From positions 1 through 17,793 of the forward strand of contig CALAMC010000063.1 in the NCBI GenBank assembly GCA_937925655.1: a stretch of DNA of 17,793 nucleotides, written 5' to 3'. The notes below the pieces were generated by a model. That model was not told where the DNA came from, did not search any database, and saw nothing but the letters and a program-made list of their open reading frames with translations. The position numbers and the translations under genes were made by a program. Positions 1 through 8,708 of this stretch are shown here, piece by piece; the stretch's first letter is position 1; the number at the start of each line of letters is the position of its first letter. Source of the stretch: an uncultured candidate division Zixibacteria bacterium. GTDB lineage: Bacteria > Zixibacteria > MSB-5A5 > GN15 > PGXB01.

Positions 1-1080
1 GCGCTGGAAACCGCCGAAAAAATAAAAGATTCCTCGCTCACTCTCATCGTCGATCTTAACCTGGCCGAGCATTATCTTAAAAATTCCAACGTCGCTAATG
101 CCCAAATACATTGCCAGCGGGCATTGGATCATCTGATCGAAGCCAATATCGTCAACATCCACCTGGTCGAGGCCAAAAAGATTGCCGGGATGATTGCCCA
201 TCAGTGCGGGGATTTCGATGAAGCCGTGACCCATTTTGCGGCCGCACTGGAAATCAGCCGTCAGACCGGCGCCCGCTATCAGGAAGCCGAAGTTCTCCGC
301 GAGCGCGGAAAGCTGTACCGCGCGACCGGTGAACACCTCAATGCTCTGACCGACCTCGAACAGAGTTATCACATTTACACCTGTCTTAACGCCGACGGCA
401 AGCGCGAGCAGGCCGAGGACGATATATATTCCATCGAGAAATTGTATCTCGAAACGTTCCATGACATGGCCATGAAAATCGACCAGAAGGATAAGTACAC
501 CAAGGGACATTCCGACCGCGTGGCGGCGCTGTCACTGCTTCTGGCGCGCGAGCTGGGTCTGCAACCGTCGCTTCTGAAAACCATCGTCGCCGCTTCACTG
601 CTTCATGATATCGGCAAAATCAGAATTGCCGACGACGTCCTGAAAAAGGCCGGGCGTCTGACCAATGAAGAATTCGAGCAGATCAAGCGACACAGCGAAT
701 ACAGCGTCGAGCTTCTCCGGGGGATGGAATTCCCCTGGGACATCAAGCCCCTCATGATGGCCCATCATGAAAAACTCGACGGCACCGGTTACCCGCTGGG
801 ATTGAAAGGCGAGGACATCCCCATGGGCGCCCGGATTATCAGCATCGCCGACGTTTTCGATGCGCTCACTTCCGACCGGGTGTACCGCCCCGCCTACAGC
901 GTTCAGAAGGCGCTCGACATAATGCAGAAAGATTCCGGAACCGCCTTCGACCCCGTGCTGCTGATGTGCTTCGTCAACGTCATCGAAAGCGGTAAGGCCG
1001 ACGCCGTTATCAATGCCCAGACCCACGACGACGAAATCTTCCAGATCTGGTCCCAGTGCATGAGCAATACGGCCGCCTGA
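1..1080 (+). CDS. HD-GYP domain c-di-GMP phosphodiesterase with N-terminal TPR-like repeats (5' partial; reading frame open to window start)
   Basis: Frame 1 has no stop from nt 1; the track's start at 124 is a TTG, so the gene most likely begins upstream of the window. HD motif (LLHDIGK, nt ~604-609) and the HHEKLDGTGYP signature (nt 763-795) are typical of HD-GYP. The N-terminal part has TPR-like helical repeats (ALEISRQTGARYQEAEVLRERGKLYRATGEHLNAL). Stop at 1078-1080. Confidence 0.85.
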   Translation, partial: ALETAEKIKDSSLTLIVDLNLAEHYLKNSNVANAQIHCQRALDHLIEANIVNIHLVEAKKIAGMIAHQCGDFDEAVTHFAAALEISRQTGARYQEAEVLRERGKLYRATGEHLNALTDLEQSYHIYTCLNADGKREQAEDDIYSIEKLYLETFHDMAMKIDQKDKYTKGHSDRVAALSLLLARELGLQPSLLKTIVAASLLHDIGKIRIADDVLKKAGRLTNEEFEQIKRHSEYSVELLRGMEFPWDIKPLMMAHHEKLDGTGYPLGLKGEDIPMGARIISIADVFDALTSDRVYRPAYSVQKALDIMQKDSGTAFDPVLLMCFVNVIESGKADAVINAQTHDDEIFQIWSQCMSNTAA

Positions 1081-1150
1081 CCTTTAGTGTTTGATATTGA
1101 TGACGCCGTTTTCCTGACCCACTTCAAGACCTGATAAAATCGCATGCAAT

Positions 1151-1188
1151 AAAAAAGGGCCGGTCAATTACCGTCCGGCCCTTTTCAT
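1151..1188. terminator. Bidirectional rho-independent terminator between convergent genes
   Basis: A-tract 1151-1156, GC stem gggccgg (1157-1163) / ccggccc (1175-1181), 11-nt loop, T-tract 1182-1185. Lies between the + strand HD-GYP stop (1080) and the minus-strand beta-barrel stop (1204). Confidence 0.6.
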
Positions 1189-1203
1189 CATGACAATTGC
1201 GGT

Positions 1204-2193
1204 CTAAAAAGTCGTTCTTATCGTAAAGAAATGATTGTCTTCGAAGACTTCTGTCTGGTTCCAGGCATACTCGAAAAACATGTTTGTATTACCCATTTTG
1301 AATTTCAAGCCGCCGCCGAATGTTACGCCGTACAGATAATCATTCTGATCGGCGTAGCTGTATCCGGCGCGCAGGAAATAGGTATCGTCATACGAGTATT
1401 CGGCGCCGCCGCTCCAGACATCCTGGGAGTAATTGCACGAAGTGAAATTTCCGCAGAGCTTGCCCAGGTTAGGTCCCTGGTTATAGACGCTGTAGGAAAG
1501 GCCAATGTCGAAAGTACTGGGAATTTCAAACGCGGCACCCTCGGCGGCACCCTGGCGGCCATCCAGTGGACGGCTGAAGCCAATGCCGCTGAAGCGCATT
1601 TCCGGCCCGTAATTCTTGATGGCTATTCCCAGAGCCATATCGCGCCAGCCCGGTTCATATATGAACCCGACGTCGACGGCGAAACCGGTGGCCGACACGT
1701 CATGGATTTTCTCGTTGATCAGTTTGGCCGTCGCCCCGAACGATACCCGGGTCGTCAGAATACGGGCGTATGATGCTGTCAACACCATCAGGGTCGGGTT
1801 GAAAAAGGCCCCGGTGCCGTCTTGATAATAATCGTCGGTCACTTCTATATCGCCGATTGAAACGATTTTGGCCGAGGCCGCAAGGGTTCCGAAATCTTCA
1901 ATATTTGTGGCGATTCCGACGAAATTGACGTTAATATCGACAAAATACGGCAGGTGGGTGAACATAACCTCGGTGCCTTCGGTGAAGGCCAACCCGGCGG
2001 GATTCCATTGAATGGATTCAACCCCGGTTATACTGGATATTACGGCGCCGCCCATGGCCGTGCCGCGCGAGCCGATCGGAATTCGAAGCTCCTGCGCTCC
2101 CGCCGTCCCGATGCGGCTACGGTTCCCCGCATAAGTAATCGATATACTTACAGCAAGGAGAACTGTTACGATTAAAGCAATTTTTTTATTCAT
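1204..2193 (-). CDS. PorV/PorQ-family (FadL-like) outer-membrane beta-barrel protein, probable T9SS-associated
   Basis: Start moved to the internal ATG at 2193 (MNKKIALIVTVLLAVSISITYAG is a signal peptide, AAGGAAG RBS about 12 nt upstream). The longer ORF to 2298 would overlap the upstream gene. Gly/aromatic-rich alternating beta-strand pattern and a C-terminal ...FFTIRTTF with terminal Phe (OMP beta-signal). The N-terminal GSRGTAMGGAVIS block resembles PorV/PorQ-family proteins. Encoded 22 nt downstream of a T9SS-CTD cargo gene. Confidence 0.5.
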   Translation of the reverse strand: MNKKIALIVTVLLAVSISITYAGNRSRIGTAGAQELRIPIGSRGTAMGGAVISSITGVESIQWNPAGLAFTEGTEVMFTHLPYFVDINVNFVGIATNIEDFGTLAASAKIVSIGDIEVTDDYYQDGTGAFFNPTLMVLTASYARILTTRVSFGATAKLINEKIHDVSATGFAVDVGFIYEPGWRDMALGIAIKNYGPEMRFSGIGFSRPLDGRQGAAEGAAFEIPSTFDIGLSYSVYNQGPNLGKLCGNFTSCNYSQDVWSGGAEYSYDDTYFLRAGYSYADQNDYLYGVTFGGGLKFKMGNTNMFFEYAWNQTEVFEDNHFFTIRTTF

Positions 2194-2215
2194 TGCATAA
2201 TTCCTTTCTTCCTTG

Positions 2216-5200
2216 CTAGTACTTCTCAAGGACTTCAGTTTCGATAAAGACCGCCAGTTTGCCCTTCTTGACTCCGAATCCGGGGGCATCGACGACATAA
2301 ATATATATGCCCGATGCCACCGGGATACCGCTGTCGTTCCGGGCGTTCCAGGTGGCTACCGAAGTAGTCGGGTCGTCTTTCTCAATCAGCCGAACCCTGT
2401 CCCCGGCCAGGTTGAAAATGCTTATTTTGCATTCCGCCGGAAGATGCTGGAACTTGATCTGGTAATTGCCGACCGAGGGATCATACGGTCCATACAGATA
2501 GAAGGGATTGGGCACGACGTTGATGGCATCGAGGTCGGCCGCTTCGGATGTTTTTTCCATGGCCGAAGTCACGAACATGAAGGTATCGGCCGGCGTATTG
2601 ATGACGTTCGGTACCAGAGTCAGAGTGCACTCTTCAGACAGCATACCGAGAAGTCCGAGGTCTGTGCTATTGCGCATATCGAGCCAGATGGCCCACATGG
2701 CATCGACCACGTATTCATCGCCACCCCAGAAATCAATGGTGCCGCCGGTCCCGTCACCGTACATTGTCCCGGTTGCATCATAGTCGGACGTCAGAACCCA
2801 GAGGTAATTGTAGCGCTGGTCGCCATTGTTGGGCAAAAGCGGATCCGGCGGATCGGCCGCATTACTTAAATCCCACTGGAGGTTTTGATCCCGATCGCGG
2901 AAGACAACGTTTACCTGCCGCGGATTGTCGGGATCGCTGACATCCCAGGCCGAGAAAGGTACATCATAAAACCCAAGATATGTGGCCGGGTCAAAGGTTC
3001 TATAGACAAATGCTTTCTGGGTTGAATCCGGTTCATCCACCTCATAGGGTTCACCGATGTCATACTGTGAATTACTGTTTAAGTCAGTGTAGGATTCCAT
3101 GGGGCGAAACCGCAATTCGACCGGCTTCATATCACCCAGCGCAACCGTCGTGGCACCCCAGAAATTCGGTTCCATATAGACACCGCCAAAGAGCAATTCT
3201 CCGCCGCTTTCATCGTCGCCGGTAAACCACCGGCGACCGTTCGGGTAGTCATCACCGGGGTAACCGATTTCTGATACTGCAATCGGACTGAAATTGGGCG
3301 GACTGGCGCTGGCGTAGCTGTAGCTCTTGCCGACCGGCTCGGGACCGGATACTATAGCAATAAAGCCGTCGGTGATTTCATAATTCTTGTCACCCGATTG
3401 ATTGGTCTGGTCATCAAGGATTATATCATCGAGGGTTTGATTGATAAGATCCCAGGTATACCCTCCCTCACCATCATCTTCAAACACGACCAGGAAGGTA
3501 TCACCGTAAAAGAGGGTGCGATCCAGCACGACCGGGACAACGCTGCCGTCGGACTCCCCTGCTATATGCTCCACCGGCAGAGTATCGTCGAACATATACG
3601 GCCAGCGATCTCCGGCCAGTGGCGCTTCCGGCGTGGCATCAAATTGCGTCGCCGAGGTCAGCGTCTTGGGAAAGCCGGATTCATCGTATGAATATGCTTC
3701 CAGACGGAAATACTGCTTAATATTGTTACGCAGTTTGCGCCCGGTGACATAATCTCTTTTGACGACGAAATGGTGCTGGATACCCTCATCGGTTCCTTCT
3801 TTGACCAGCCGTGTTTCAAGGGCCGAAGTGATCGGATCCTGAACCTCGTCCAAAATCTTGGCCACACCGTTGATATCATCGAAATAGGCGATTTTGGTCC
3901 AGTCGGCAGTGAGGTCGGTCCTCATGAACAAGGCATAGCCCTCGAAAGGATAGTCACCGTGGTCCACTTCGGATGTATCCGTCCAGTAAATAGAAATCTG
4001 TTCGTCGCCCGTCACACATGTCACGACCGGAGAGGCCGGCGGGTGTGCGACGACGAAATTGTTTTCGTAGGCGGCCTGGGCGAACTTGTCATTGTACTTC
4101 ATGACCGTAATGGAGGATAACCGGTCGGCCCCGCGGCCGACAACGATGGCCGCCAAAATTTCGGTGGAATCACCGGGACGGAAAGTGATCGGTCCGGTTG
4201 AAAGCATGAACCGACGGTCTTCCGGCGCGAAATCAAGGTCGCCCTGACCCGTAACCGGGTCGCCCGCGACAAAGTACTTGGTGGGAATTCCATTATACGT
4301 ATAATCCGAACCGTCGCGATTTTTGCCGCTCATGTAATTATAAGTCTCGATATAGCTGTCGGGATCCGTTCCATTGATGTACTTATTGAACGAGGTCATG
4401 CCCATGTTGACATACCCTTCAAATAACTGCCCCCACATGCGGGCGGTGTCATCGGGGTTGTCGGTAAACTCAAGGGGACCTTGAAAGAAGTCATAACCTA
4501 CGGCCGGCGGGTTGGAGCCAAACTGCTGGTCGTTATTGTCACCGTTGTAGCAAAAGCCCATCGACAGGACCGTATCGCAACCAACCAGGTCATTGGTGTA
4601 TTCACCCAGGTCCGGGTCGGCCCAGAGCGAGAGATAGCAGTCCTGGAGAGTGTTACCGCCTTTGTTGTACACCTGGAAACGAAGGAAGATAATATTCCCC
4701 AGCGGGTCTTCACGGTCAAAAGCAAAGGTGGTCTGCCGGACCTCAAGACCCAATGGCAGGGTACTCCCGGCATCATGCACATGCTGGGTAATACTGGCGT
4801 CATTATATACCGCCCAGAGCATTTGATCGCCGACCATGTCAGGAATACTGTCAACACCGTTTTCGGCCAGCTTCCAGGGTGCTCCCTGGTCAATCGGCCA
4901 GTTTAAATAATCATCATTGGGATTACTCTCCAGGCTGTCACCGTAAAGTTTATAGACCTTAAACGATGGATTATCGGGCTGAAATGTCCCCCCGACCATC
5001 GGGCCGGGCACGTATTCATCGGTGTATTCGGCAATGGCGATCCGGGTTTCGCCGGTAGCCGAATCGACGCAACCGACCCACAGTCCGGACGCGTAAATAA
5101 TCGAAAAATCCTGTCTTCCGTCCAGAATATCCTGAATCGTGTTGAACGGATAAAAAGTCCCGTAATCGTAGCCGAAAACACCCGATAAATCCCGACCAAA

Positions 5201-5371
5201 ATTGCCGTGATTGGTGACGAACATCAGAATGTTGTTGGCATCGATATATTTTTCATTATCGATCGCCCGGGACATGGGGTTATAATCTCTTGCGCCGGGT
5301 CCCATTCTCGGGGCGGCCGCAACCGATACAGCCAGCACCAGGACCAGGCCCAATATAATTGATTTTCTCAT
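2216..5371 (-). CDS. Large (1051 aa) secreted protein of unknown function with T9SS type-A C-terminal sorting domain
   Basis: N-terminal signal peptide MRKSIILGLVLVLAVSVAAAP; RBS AGGGAAGGA upstream of the ATG at 5371. The C-terminal ~80 aa (VVPNPFYLYGPY...ISIFNLAGDRVRLIE...SGIYIYVVDAPGFGVKKGKLAVFIE) matches the Por_Secre_tail/T9SS CTD pattern. Asp/Asn/Gly-rich body with no domain I can name. Confidence 0.8.
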   Translation of the reverse strand: MRKSIILGLVLVLAVSVAAAPRMGPGARDYNPMSRAIDNEKYIDANNILMFVTNHGNFGRDLSGVFGYDYGTFYPFNTIQDILDGRQDFSIIYASGLWVGCVDSATGETRIAIAEYTDEYVPGPMVGGTFQPDNPSFKVYKLYGDSLESNPNDDYLNWPIDQGAPWKLAENGVDSIPDMVGDQMLWAVYNDASITQHVHDAGSTLPLGLEVRQTTFAFDREDPLGNIIFLRFQVYNKGGNTLQDCYLSLWADPDLGEYTNDLVGCDTVLSMGFCYNGDNNDQQFGSNPPAVGYDFFQGPLEFTDNPDDTARMWGQLFEGYVNMGMTSFNKYINGTDPDSYIETYNYMSGKNRDGSDYTYNGIPTKYFVAGDPVTGQGDLDFAPEDRRFMLSTGPITFRPGDSTEILAAIVVGRGADRLSSITVMKYNDKFAQAAYENNFVVAHPPASPVVTCVTGDEQISIYWTDTSEVDHGDYPFEGYALFMRTDLTADWTKIAYFDDINGVAKILDEVQDPITSALETRLVKEGTDEGIQHHFVVKRDYVTGRKLRNNIKQYFRLEAYSYDESGFPKTLTSATQFDATPEAPLAGDRWPYMFDDTLPVEHIAGESDGSVVPVVLDRTLFYGDTFLVVFEDDGEGGYTWDLINQTLDDIILDDQTNQSGDKNYEITDGFIAIVSGPEPVGKSYSYASASPPNFSPIAVSEIGYPGDDYPNGRRWFTGDDESGGELLFGGVYMEPNFWGATTVALGDMKPVELRFRPMESYTDLNSNSQYDIGEPYEVDEPDSTQKAFVYRTFDPATYLGFYDVPFSAWDVSDPDNPRQVNVVFRDRDQNLQWDLSNAADPPDPLLPNNGDQRYNYLWVLTSDYDATGTMYGDGTGGTIDFWGGDEYVVDAMWAIWLDMRNSTDLGLLGMLSEECTLTLVPNVINTPADTFMFVTSAMEKTSEAADLDAINVVPNPFYLYGPYDPSVGNYQIKFQHLPAECKISIFNLAGDRVRLIEKDDPTTSVATWNARNDSGIPVASGIYIYVVDAPGFGVKKGKLAVFIETEVLEKY
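2219..2464 (-). other. T9SS type-A C-terminal sorting domain (CTD) of the 1051-aa protein
   Basis: Residues ~970-1051: PNPF motif, FNLAGxRV and GIYIY blocks, terminal K-rich beta-strand. Confidence 0.7.
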
Positions 5372-5387
5372 TATTCCATCCTTCCCT

Positions 5388-8207
5388 TTAAAATGCCATT
5401 CTCAAACCGAGCAAAATCATTCTCGGCTCACCGAAGTTTTTGGGATTATTTTGAATCAGGCCATATTTGTCAAAAGCCTGCAATTCGGCGGCATGCCCGG
5501 CGTAGGCTGAATAACCCGATTCGGTGGCAAGGTACCCGGTATTATCAGGCAAACCGGAACCTTCATAGACCGAATATACATTTTCATTATTGAACAAATT
5601 CTTAATCCAGACGAACGGCATTATCTTGTAATCCCCGACCGTAAAGGTGCGCTCCACTCTCAAATCGACCTGGAAGGCCCATGGCATATACTCGGAATTC
5701 ATGGTCGCCCGAGGTATCGGACTGACCGCGGCCTGGCTGACGGCATCATAGGGACGGGTCGGAGTGTATGGTGTACCGCTGGCCAGATTGATTATGGCAT
5801 TGGCCCGCAGAAATTCAAAGGGGAAGTAATTGCCGATTTTTGGCCCATCTCCCTTAAACGTCTGCATATCTATGATAGCCGAAAAATTATGCCGCTGGTC
5901 ATAGTCGAGAGGCGATGTCTGTTTGGGAGGTTCCGTGGCGGCCCAGGTGATAATATAATGGGTCTGGGCATAGGAGCCGGTCCCGGTCGCCCAGCTTAAA
6001 GTATAATTGAAATTCAACTGGAGTGACCGGCTACGCCGCATCAAAAGGGAGACGTCAAATCCCTTAATCGTCCCATAATCGGTATTGGAAAAGAAATCAT
6101 ACTCGAAAGGACTGGCCGGTGTTTGCTTGAATATCTGGGTCAGATCCTGCACATCCTTGTAATAAGCCGCTATTTCTATGACGGTATTCTCTCCCAGTTG
6201 ATGGGTAATGCCGGCTTCATATTGCGTGACTTTTTCCGGCTCCAGATTAGGACTCGGAAAAGGATAATACGACCCGCCCTGCGTAATGCGCCGGGCCATA
6301 AAATCATAGCCGACATACAGCCGGACCAGATCGGGACGCTGGAAAAATTTGCCGTAGTTTATATGAAATTGTGTCCGGGGGGATATCGGGAAGCTTATTC
6401 CCAGACGCGGGGATAAACGGGTGAAGTCCTTGCTGTCCGTCAGGTCGCCCGGGTCCAGAGTATCCACCCCCGTCAGATTTCCCGGATCAAGCGGATTTTC
6501 CAGATCGATCAGTCTTAGGGCTTTATAATCGAAATAGTCGAAACGCAGCCCGGCGTTGATAATCATGCCGTTCCATTCGATACGGTCGGTTACATACAGC
6601 CCAAGATTTATGGGATGCTTGGTATCATTCTTATAGCTTTCGCTGTCGGATTCATTGCCAAGACTGTCAAAACCATAACGATTAACGCTGCCGACATTAT
6701 AACCCGTTATGGCCGTAGCAGCAAGGTTTTCGAAATACCGGAGGGTATGACGCTGGAAATCAAAACCCAGCTTGATGGTCTGATTGGTCGTTATCTGCGA
6801 ATTAAAGTCACCCTTAAACTGGTAATACGAGGATATCCGATGCATGTAGTTGTTATAATATGAATCGGTGGCGCGGAAAAGTTTCAGAGTCTCCCACTCG
6901 GGATTCGTGAAACCTCTGTTATAGGCGGCAAGGTCATCAAACACGACCCCGTCGCCCCGCAGACGCTCCGTCCTAAAAGTTGAAATGCTGAAGTTATAAA
7001 AAGTATTGGGACTTAAAACGTGCGTTATTTTCGCGTTTAAACCCAGATTTTCGTCCCGATAACGCGGGGCATGCTTATAGTCAAACAGATATTCATGGCG
7101 GTATTCCTGCCAGTTGTCCAGCGAACCGTTGCCGTTGATGGCCAGCTTGATGTCATTGGTCAGTTCGAAATCCAGTTTGCCCTGATATGACCAACCCGAC
7201 AGGGAATTCGAAGGCAGGCGATTCTTATGGTCGGGGTCAACCGCTTCGAGTTCGAATATATCATCGTATTCCTCAAAGACTTCTTCGGCCCTGATTGATG
7301 GTGTCCGATCGCGCAACCACCGTCTTTCACCGGAGAAGAAAAAATAGGCTTTTTCAAAAAACGGCAGAGGGCCGCTGAAATCCCCGGCATAGAAATTTTG
7401 ATCGTAGCTCTTTCCAAACAGATTATCGGTTACGACTTCCACGTTGCCGTGATACTGGTCGGTGCCGGAATTGGTTACGATGTTGACGATGCCGGAAGCG
7501 ACATGGCCGTATTCGGCCGAGAAGGCTCCCGAAGTCACCGCGATTTCCTGAACGGCGTTATCCGCGATTTTTGCCGTAGAAATCCCCGTCAAGGGGTCCT
7601 GCTGTGAAAAACCGTCGACATAATAGGCCACTTCGGACGGTCTTCCGCCGCGAAGGTTCAACTCGCCGCCCAGCGCCGAGGCCGATTCGCGCTGCCCTCT
7701 TTGGCGGATATCGATATTAGTGTTCATGCGAACGACGCTGTTTTGTAATGCGACGACGTCTTCAAAGCCGCGGACCGGCATGGCCTTCAGATCGCCGCCG
7801 GATATAATGTCGACCGTGGTCGTTTTGTCCTTGTTCACCAGAGGCCGTTCCGCCGTGACCCTGATGACCCTGCCCAAATCCCTGGTTTCCTTTTCCATCG
7901 GGACGTCATTGAAGGTCGCCAGGTCGGCCGAAACCTGGATGTTTTCCACGACGACTTTGGCATAACCGACAGAAGAATATTCCACCGTATAGGTTCCGAC
8001 GGGGATATTCAGGATCATGTATTTGCCGGTTTCATCGGTGTACTGCCCCATGGTACTTCCTTGTACGGATACCGATACTCCCGGAAGTGGTTCACCCGTC
8101 CTGGCGTCGGTCACCTTTCCCGTAATGCTCCCGGTAATAGCCCCGAACCCGGACACGGCGAGGGCCATTATCAGAAACCCGGCCAGGATAAAGCATTTTG
8201 TTCTCAT
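5388..8207 (-). CDS. SusC-like TonB-dependent outer-membrane receptor (CarboxypepD_reg N-terminal domain + plug + beta-barrel)
   Basis: Signal peptide MRTKCFILAGFLIMALAVSGFGA; GAGGA RBS 6 nt upstream of the ATG at 8207. The N-terminal ITGKVTDARTGEPLPGVSVSVQGS...GKYMILNIPVGTYTVEYSSVGY is carboxypeptidase-regulatory-like. A plug region follows (NLRGGRPSEVAYYVDGFSQQDP...IAVTSGAFSAEYGHVASGIVNIVTNSG). About 700 aa of beta-barrel ends in a terminal Phe (RMAF). Stop lies 16 nt before the downstream gene. Confidence 0.85.
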   Translation of the reverse strand: MRTKCFILAGFLIMALAVSGFGAITGSITGKVTDARTGEPLPGVSVSVQGSTMGQYTDETGKYMILNIPVGTYTVEYSSVGYAKVVVENIQVSADLATFNDVPMEKETRDLGRVIRVTAERPLVNKDKTTTVDIISGGDLKAMPVRGFEDVVALQNSVVRMNTNIDIRQRGQRESASALGGELNLRGGRPSEVAYYVDGFSQQDPLTGISTAKIADNAVQEIAVTSGAFSAEYGHVASGIVNIVTNSGTDQYHGNVEVVTDNLFGKSYDQNFYAGDFSGPLPFFEKAYFFFSGERRWLRDRTPSIRAEEVFEEYDDIFELEAVDPDHKNRLPSNSLSGWSYQGKLDFELTNDIKLAINGNGSLDNWQEYRHEYLFDYKHAPRYRDENLGLNAKITHVLSPNTFYNFSISTFRTERLRGDGVVFDDLAAYNRGFTNPEWETLKLFRATDSYYNNYMHRISSYYQFKGDFNSQITTNQTIKLGFDFQRHTLRYFENLAATAITGYNVGSVNRYGFDSLGNESDSESYKNDTKHPINLGLYVTDRIEWNGMIINAGLRFDYFDYKALRLIDLENPLDPGNLTGVDTLDPGDLTDSKDFTRLSPRLGISFPISPRTQFHINYGKFFQRPDLVRLYVGYDFMARRITQGGSYYPFPSPNLEPEKVTQYEAGITHQLGENTVIEIAAYYKDVQDLTQIFKQTPASPFEYDFFSNTDYGTIKGFDVSLLMRRSRSLQLNFNYTLSWATGTGSYAQTHYIITWAATEPPKQTSPLDYDQRHNFSAIIDMQTFKGDGPKIGNYFPFEFLRANAIINLASGTPYTPTRPYDAVSQAAVSPIPRATMNSEYMPWAFQVDLRVERTFTVGDYKIMPFVWIKNLFNNENVYSVYEGSGLPDNTGYLATESGYSAYAGHAAELQAFDKYGLIQNNPKNFGEPRMILLGLRMAF

Positions 8208-8617
8208 GGTTAATTCCTCTTTCCTAGTGGTGGTGCTGGTGCGTTCCCGAATTATTGTCTCGCACCCCTGTTCGACGTTCCCCCAAATGTGGAAGGAGGC
8301 GTCAATATCATAATCCCAATATAGGTTATTTAGATAAATCGATAAGCAACCCTCCTTTTCTTGCTTACTTTCACTGATGCCTGAAAAAATAGATTAAAAT
8401 GATAAAAAGCTAATTTTCCCAACCCTCACCCCAATATTTAAACCGTGCTCTATTTAAAGGAAAATGTTACGGCCGACCATATCAACAAAAAACTGTTATT
8501 GATTTGTGAAAATAATGGCCGGCAAATGGCGCACAATTGCATGGGATTTTGATTGAATTTTAATATGCCTTTAAGGCGAAATGTCGAATGGAAGTGATCC
8601 CTTATCAACCGTATTAT

Positions 8618-8661
8618 CGTATAACAAAAGCGCCGGGCAGTATAACTGATCACCCCGGCGC
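8618..8661 (-). terminator. Rho-independent terminator downstream of flotillin gene
   Basis: GC stem gcgccggg (8630-8637) / cccggcgc (8654-8661) with a 16-nt loop. On the minus strand it is followed by a U-rich tract (rc of 8621-8629, ttttgttat). Lies about 50 nt past the flotillin stop at 8709. Confidence 0.5.
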
Positions 8662-8708
8662 CACATTGTGCTTAAACAGCGTCTTGTACGTATGGAGCGG
8701 TCAAACTG

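Noticed and set aside
375-1145. Four minus-strand ORFs (69, 70, 143, 80 aa) inside the HD-GYP gene
   Set aside because: Overlap a CDS with unmistakable HD-GYP motifs on the + strand; Arg/Pro/Ser-rich shadow frames.
2194-2298. N-terminal extension of the beta-barrel ORF to the ATG at 2298 (track ORF 1204..2298)
   Set aside because: The extension would overlap the stop region of the upstream 1051-aa gene. It encodes a non-hydrophobic R/S/K-rich leader, whereas the internal Met at 2193 starts a textbook signal peptide and has an AAGGAAG RBS.
2213-2869. 218-aa + strand ORF (and the other + strand ORFs at 2508-2783, 2980-3225, 3398-3691, 3770-4120, 4481-4906, 5393-5593, 6123-6416, 6615-6863, 7398-7607, 7720-7965, 8017-8313)
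   Set aside because: They lie entirely inside the long, clearly real minus-strand genes (TBDR, 1051-aa T9SS cargo). They have no RBS and low-complexity Arg/Pro/Gly-rich translations typical of antisense shadow ORFs in GC-rich coding DNA.
8450-8653. 67-aa minus-strand ORF in the TBDR leader region
   Set aside because: No RBS, overlaps the flotillin terminator hairpin, and its hydrophobic/aromatic low-complexity translation fits AT-rich non-coding DNA.
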